Both the position numbers and the translations under genes were made by a program. 64,000 nucleotides of DNA from Anaeromyxobacter sp. (GTDB lineage Bacteria; Myxococcota; Myxococcia; Myxococcales; Anaeromyxobacteraceae): NCBI GenBank assembly GCA_049840735.1, contig JASGJN010000014.1:192001-256000 (forward strand), read 5' to 3'. The notes below the pieces were generated by a model, which had not been told where the DNA came from, ran no database searches, and saw only the letters and a list, made by a program, of their open reading frames with translations. Shown here in pieces: positions 58,359-64,000 of the stretch; the stretch's first letter is position 1; the number at the start of each line of letters is the position of its first letter.

Positions 58359-59075
58359 TCAGAGCCCGTCCACGAACCTCCAGCGGTCCGCCTCGCGGGC
58401 CAGGGTGAACCGGGCGCGCCGGGGCTCCTGGCCCCCGCCGGGCAGCGGGGCCTGCACGTCCTCGCCCACGATGGCCTCGTCCCGGTCCACGCGGATCTGC
58501 CAGGCGTCGACGCTGACCGGCGCCGGGGCGGCCAGCGCGCCGCGCAGCCGCGCCGCCAGGGCCGCCTTGCCGCCCTCCCCGGCGTAGCGCTCCGAGACCA
58601 GCGCCAGGAGCGCCCGGGCGTCGCCGGCGGCCAGCGCGTCCTGGCGGCGGAACAGGACCGCCAGCACGCCGCGCAGCCCGTCGAACTGGCGCCCGTCGGC
58701 GCACCAGCCGGCCACGCTGCAGCGGCTCATGCCGAAGGCCTCGCGCCCGACGTAGGCCACGGTGGCGCGCGAGGCGCGCCAGGCCACCCGGCCGTCGCCG
58801 TCGAGCAGCGCGATCACCTGCGCCTTGTCGCCGTCCACCATCACCGCCGGGTCCACGTACCTGAGCGTGTCCAGCTCCACCACGCCGCCGGAGGCGAAGC
58901 CGTACACGTCCGGGAGGCTGGCGCGGCGCTGGCGGGAGAGCGCCTCGCGCACCTGCCCCTCCGGGCTCAGCGCCGCGCTGGAGAAGCGATCGAGCGAGAT
59001 CCGGTCCCTGAGCGCCCAGCCCACCGCGAGCGCCACCAGCACCAGGCCCAGCGGGAAGAGGTAGGGCGCGCCCAC
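58359..59075 (-). CDS. Hypothetical membrane-anchored protein; start uncertain
   Basis: ORF between bamD and the TPR gene with one N-terminal TM helix. Confidence 0.6.
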   Translation of the reverse strand: MGAPYLFPLGLVLVALAVGWALRDRISLDRFSSAALSPEGQVREALSRQRRASLPDVYGFASGGVVELDTLRYVDPAVMVDGDKAQVIALLDGDGRVAWRASRATVAYVGREAFGMSRCSVAGWCADGRQFDGLRGVLAVLFRRQDALAAGDARALLALVSERYAGEGGKAALAARLRGALAAPAPVSVDAWQIRVDRDEAIVGEDVQAPLPGGGQEPRRARFTLAREADRWRFVDGL

Positions 59076-59148
59076 CGGCGCGGCGCGCGCCTTGCGCGCG
59101 GCGCGGGCGCCGGGGTCGAAGGGGGCGCGGCCCGGGCCGGAGGGTCCG

Positions 59149-59928
59149 TCAGCGGAGCGACTCAAGGAGCTTCTCCGCCTCACCCTTCTCCTTCGCGTCG
59201 GGGTGCTTGCTCAGGAGCTGCTGCAGCGCCTGCCGGGCGCGGAACTTCTCGTCCTGGTTGGCCAGCGACTGGGCCAGCCGCAGCATGGCCTCGGTCTCGT
59301 ACTTCGAGCCGGGGTAGTTCTTGATCAGCCCCTCGTAGCGCAGGGCCGCGCCGGCCCAGCGCTCGCGCTTGTAGTAGTACCCGGCCACGTACCACTCCCG
59401 GTCCTCCAGCCGGCGCCGCGCCTCGGCCAGCGTCTTCTGGGCCTCGGGCAGGTACTTGGAGCCGGTGCGGGTCTGGACGAAGTCGGTGAGCAGCTGCACC
59501 GCCTTCTCCGTCTCGCGCTGGTCCTTCTCGAAGGCCGGCGGGAAGATGAACCAGTCGCCGGGCGCCGAGAGGAAGTGGCTCAGGCCGGCCCGGTACTCGG
59601 CGAAGTCCAGCTCCTCGGAGGTGGGGTGGAGCTTGCTGAACTCCTCGTAGGCCGCGGCCGCCTCCGGGTAGAGCTCCTGCTTGTACTTGAGATCCGCCAG
59701 CCGCAGGTCGGAGAGGGCGGCGAACTTCGAGTACGGGTACTTGGCCTTCACGTACTCGAAGAAGCGGATGGCCTCCGGCCAGTTCTTGGAGTCCAGCTCG
59801 GCCACGCCGCGCTTGTAGTTGTCCTCGGGCGTCTGCCCGAGCTTCAGCTCGCCGGTGATGGTCGTGTACTTCGACCGGCACGCGGGAGCGGCCAGCACGA
59901 GCAGGAAGACGAGGGCGAGGCGGCGCAT
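59149..59928 (-). CDS. bamD: Outer membrane assembly lipoprotein BamD
   Basis: Lipobox APAC, KYPYSKFA, DQRET, EWYVAGYY. Confidence 0.9.
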   Translation of the reverse strand: MRRLALVFLLVLAAPACRSKYTTITGELKLGQTPEDNYKRGVAELDSKNWPEAIRFFEYVKAKYPYSKFAALSDLRLADLKYKQELYPEAAAAYEEFSKLHPTSEELDFAEYRAGLSHFLSAPGDWFIFPPAFEKDQRETEKAVQLLTDFVQTRTGSKYLPEAQKTLAEARRRLEDREWYVAGYYYKRERWAGAALRYEGLIKNYPGSKYETEAMLRLAQSLANQDEKFRARQALQQLLSKHPDAKEKGEAEKLLESLR

Positions 59929-59986
59929 AGGGGGCGGGAGGATAACAGACCGCCGGGCGGTGTGCAGTGGCGGCGTGCAGGGCCCG

Positions 59987-60490
59987 CTACGCCTCCCCGT
60001 CCTCGAAAATCCCCAGCACCCGCGCGATGATCGACCCGGAGAAGCCGCGCCCGGCCAGGAAGCGGCCCAGCCGCGCCCGGCCGCGGGCGTCCAGGGCGGA
60101 GAGCGGGGTGCCCCGGGCCCGGCGCTCGGCCAGCGCGCGGCAGAGCGCCTCCTCCTGCCGGCCCCCGCCCTGCCCGTCCTCGCCGGCCAGCGCCGCCTGG
60201 ACGGCCGCGCGCGCCGCGGCGGCGCCGATCCCCTCGGCCACCAGCTTGCGCTCGGCCGCCCGGGGCCCGAGCCGGCCGGGCGCCACCAGCGCGCGCGCGC
60301 GGGCCCGGGCGTAGGCGGCGTCGTCGAGGTAGCCGAGCCGGCGCAGCCAGGCCATCACCTGGTCGGCCACCTCCGACAGGTCCTCGCGCGCGAGCCGGGC
60401 GCGCAGCTGCGCCTCGGTGCGGGCGCGCGACGCGAGCTGCCGCAGCACGACGGCCTGGGCGCGGGCCAGCGGGGTCTGGTCGGTCGGCAT
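59987..60490 (-). CDS. recX: RecX family regulator
   Basis: RARTEAQLRARL, GYLDDAAYA, FLAGRGF. Confidence 0.88.
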   Translation of the reverse strand: MPTDQTPLARAQAVVLRQLASRARTEAQLRARLAREDLSEVADQVMAWLRRLGYLDDAAYARARARALVAPGRLGPRAAERKLVAEGIGAAAARAAVQAALAGEDGQGGGRQEEALCRALAERRARGTPLSALDARGRARLGRFLAGRGFSGSIIARVLGIFEDGEA

Positions 60491-60517
60491 GGTCCGGGCT
60501 GCGGCGCCCCGAGCGCC

Positions 60518-61795
<1,278 letters not shown>

Positions 61796-61956
61796 GCCGT
61801 CCCGAGCGTAACACCGCCATGGGGACCGATCCAGGCGACCCCCTGGCCGTCCGGCGTCATGTAGGCGGGCGTGGGTCCGCGACCCCGCGGCACCCCCTCC
61901 GGTGGCCCCCGGCGCGCGGCGGGGCGGCTACCATCCGCGCCCGGAGGACACCCACC

Positions 61957-63030
61957 GTGCACCGCTCGCCCACCGCTGCTGCGCTCCTCGCCTGCGCCCT
62001 CGCCCTTCCCCTGCCTTCCCGCGCGGATGACGCGCCGGGCCGCCCGGTGCGGCTCGAGGTGCGCGCGCCGGGGGCCAAGGACGTCCAGCTCCTCCCGGCC
62101 GAAGGTCCGGCCCAGCCCATGAAGCGGGGCGACGACTGGCGGTTCTGGGTGGTGGTCCGGCTGCAGCCGGGCCGCTTCGCCTACGCCTTCCAGGTGGACG
62201 GCGAGCGGCGGCTGGACCCGACCTCCGACGCGGAGGAGCGCGGGCCGGACGGCGCGCGCCGCTCGGTGGTGGTGGTGCGCGACGGGCGCAACGCCCGGCC
62301 GGACCCGGCGGTGCCGCACGGCCAGGTGCTGCGGGAGAAGCGCAGGAGCGCGGCGCGCGGCGAGACGGTGCCGTTCGCGGTCTGGCTGCCGCCCGGCTTC
62401 CAGCCGGGGCAGGAGCTGCCGCTGCTGGTCATGCTCCACGGCATGAACATGGGGCCGTCGCAGTGGCTGGACGGCGGCCTGGCCAACTACCTCGACAACC
62501 TGCTGGCCCAGGGGCGCATCCGGCCGATGGTGGTGCTGTTCCCGGACGGCGGCGGGGAGAGCTTCTACGAGGGGGAGGTGGAGCAGGACATCGTGGCGGA
62601 GCTGGTGCCGGCCATCCGGAAGCGGTTCGGGCTGCGCGCGGGCCCGGCGGCCATCGCGGGCATGTCGATGGGCGGCTACGGCGCCCTGCACCTGGCCCAG
62701 GCCCACCCGGACGTCTTCGGCCACGCCGACGCCCTCAGCCCGGGGAGCATGGACCAGGGCTCGCTGCCCCGGCTGGACGCGGCGCTGGCGAAGGCGCCCT
62801 ACCCGGTGCCGCTCACCATCCGCTGCGGCAAGAGCGACGACCTGGTGCTGCCCTGGGTGGAGCGCGCGGTCCGCATCCTGCGCAACCACGGCACGGAGTT
62901 CACCTACGTCACCGCGCGCGGCGCCCACGACTGGGAGTACTGGCGCAGCGTGACCGAGCCCGTGCTGGAGGAGGCCTCGCGGTTCCTGGAGGGGGCGGCG
63001 CCGGTGAAGGAGGTCAAGAGCGCCAGGTGA
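61957..63030 (+). CDS. Secreted alpha/beta esterase with N-terminal Ig/CBM48-like domain
   Basis: GGAGG RBS, signal peptide, YAFQVDG, GMSMGG, GAHDWEYW. Confidence 0.82.
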   Translation: MHRSPTAAALLACALALPLPSRADDAPGRPVRLEVRAPGAKDVQLLPAEGPAQPMKRGDDWRFWVVVRLQPGRFAYAFQVDGERRLDPTSDAEERGPDGARRSVVVVRDGRNARPDPAVPHGQVLREKRRSAARGETVPFAVWLPPGFQPGQELPLLVMLHGMNMGPSQWLDGGLANYLDNLLAQGRIRPMVVLFPDGGGESFYEGEVEQDIVAELVPAIRKRFGLRAGPAAIAGMSMGGYGALHLAQAHPDVFGHADALSPGSMDQGSLPRLDAALAKAPYPVPLTIRCGKSDDLVLPWVERAVRILRNHGTEFTYVTARGAHDWEYWRSVTEPVLEEASRFLEGAAPVKEVKSAR

Positions 63031-63116
63031 CCCCCGCCGCCGGATCGGCGACGCGGGCCAGCGCCGGGAGCCAGCCGCCCCGCTGCGCTGCGCAGCGGGG
63101 CGCTGGCCGCGCCGGC

Positions 63117-64000
63117 TCACCCGCGCCGCCGCCTGAGCCGGGCGAGCAGCAGCACCACCGCGGCCAGGGCCCCGGCGCCCGCCGGGCCACCGCTGCAGCC
63201 GCCGCCGCTGGACGCCGGCGCGGCCACGCAGGTCCCGGCCGCGCAGACGCCGCCGGGGCAGCGCGTGCCGTCGGCCGCCAGGGGCTGGCTGCAGGCCCCG
63301 GTGGCGGGATCGCAGGTACCCGGCGCGTGGCAGGCGTCCGCCGCGGCACAGGAGACCTGCTCGCCGGGGCTGCCGCACGCGCCGGCCTGGCAGGTCTCCC
63401 CGCTGGTGCAGGCGTTGCCGTCGTCGCAGGCGGTGCCGTCGTCGACCGGCAGCGACGCCGAGCAGGAGCCGGAGGCGAGGTCGCAGCTGCGCGGGCGGTG
63501 GCAGGCGTCCAGCGCCGGGCAGTCCGCGTCGGTGGCGCAGGCGCACGCGTCGGTCGCCGGTGCGCAGGCTCCGGAGCGGCAGGCGTCCCCGCTGGTGCAG
63601 CTCCGCCCGTCGTCGCAGGCCGTGTCCTCCGGGAGGAGCGGGCTCGAGCAGGCGCCGGTGGCCGGATCGCAGGTGCCGGCGGCGTGGCACTGATCCACGG
63701 CCACGCAGGTGACCGGGGACACCCCCACGCAGCTGCCCGCCTGGCAGGCGTCGGTCTGGGTGCAGGCGTCGCCGTCGTCGCAGCCGGTCCCGTCGGCGAG
63801 CGGCGGGTAGTAGCAGCCCTCCACCGGATCGCACGCGGCGGCGGGACCGTGGCACGGGGGCGGCGGGCCGCAGGTGACCGGGGCGCTGCCCTGGCACGCG
63901 CCGCCCTGGCAGGCGTCGGTGGCGGTGCAGACGTTGCCGTCGGTGCAGGCGGTGCCGTCCGGCTGGGCCGGGTTGCTGCAGGTGCCGTCGGCGGGGTTGC
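63117..64000 (-). CDS. C-terminal part of a Cys-rich repeat surface protein with MYXO-CTERM-like tail; 5' end off the window
   Basis: Repeats CDDGxxCTxxDxCxxGxC; ends SSGGGCS-TM-RRRR. Confidence 0.85.
   Translation of the reverse strand, partial: NPADGTCSNPAQPDGTACTDGNVCTATDACQGGACQGSAPVTCGPPPPCHGPAAACDPVEGCYYPPLADGTGCDDGDACTQTDACQAGSCVGVSPVTCVAVDQCHAAGTCDPATGACSSPLLPEDTACDDGRSCTSGDACRSGACAPATDACACATDADCPALDACHRPRSCDLASGSCSASLPVDDGTACDDGNACTSGETCQAGACGSPGEQVSCAAADACHAPGTCDPATGACSQPLAADGTRCPGGVCAAGTCVAAPASSGGGCSGGPAGAGALAAVVLLLARLRRRRG

Overview
Very GC-rich chromosomal segment. Gene content (MYXO-CTERM protein, MXAN_5187-like gene, fused nifEN) points to an Anaeromyxobacter-like Myxococcota genome; this is inference. 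In order: cpoB/pal-like genes; an NtrX-like activator, PBP1A, FG-GAP protein, orphan solute-binding protein and NtrY-like kinase; an S46 peptidase; a small ribbon-helix-helix-like gene coupled to nadA; a Mo-nitrogenase cluster (nifH-D-K-EN-X-fdx-B-W) with a nifA-like activator, a GNAT gene and convergent draT/draG; a divergent GH13 pair; tig-clpP-clpX and lon; six tRNAs; rph-rdgB, amiC, an MCP, a selenocysteine-containing selD, bamD, recX, pilT. Best leads: (1) a candidate new NAD-biosynthesis regulator with a 22-bp palindrome over its start; (2) a MalZ-like GH13 protein lacking both main catalytic acids and carrying a C-terminal Cys4 zinc ribbon; (3) 11 copies of a REP-like element with fixed arms and a sequence-variable hairpin; (4) three sigma54 promoters exactly 14 nt from start codons, plus many leaderless-looking sigma70 genes; (5) all 12 apparent frameshifts are +1 insertions at GATC or GAGACC, probably methylation-linked read errors rather than pseudogenes. 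No CRISPR array, rRNA or transposase was seen.
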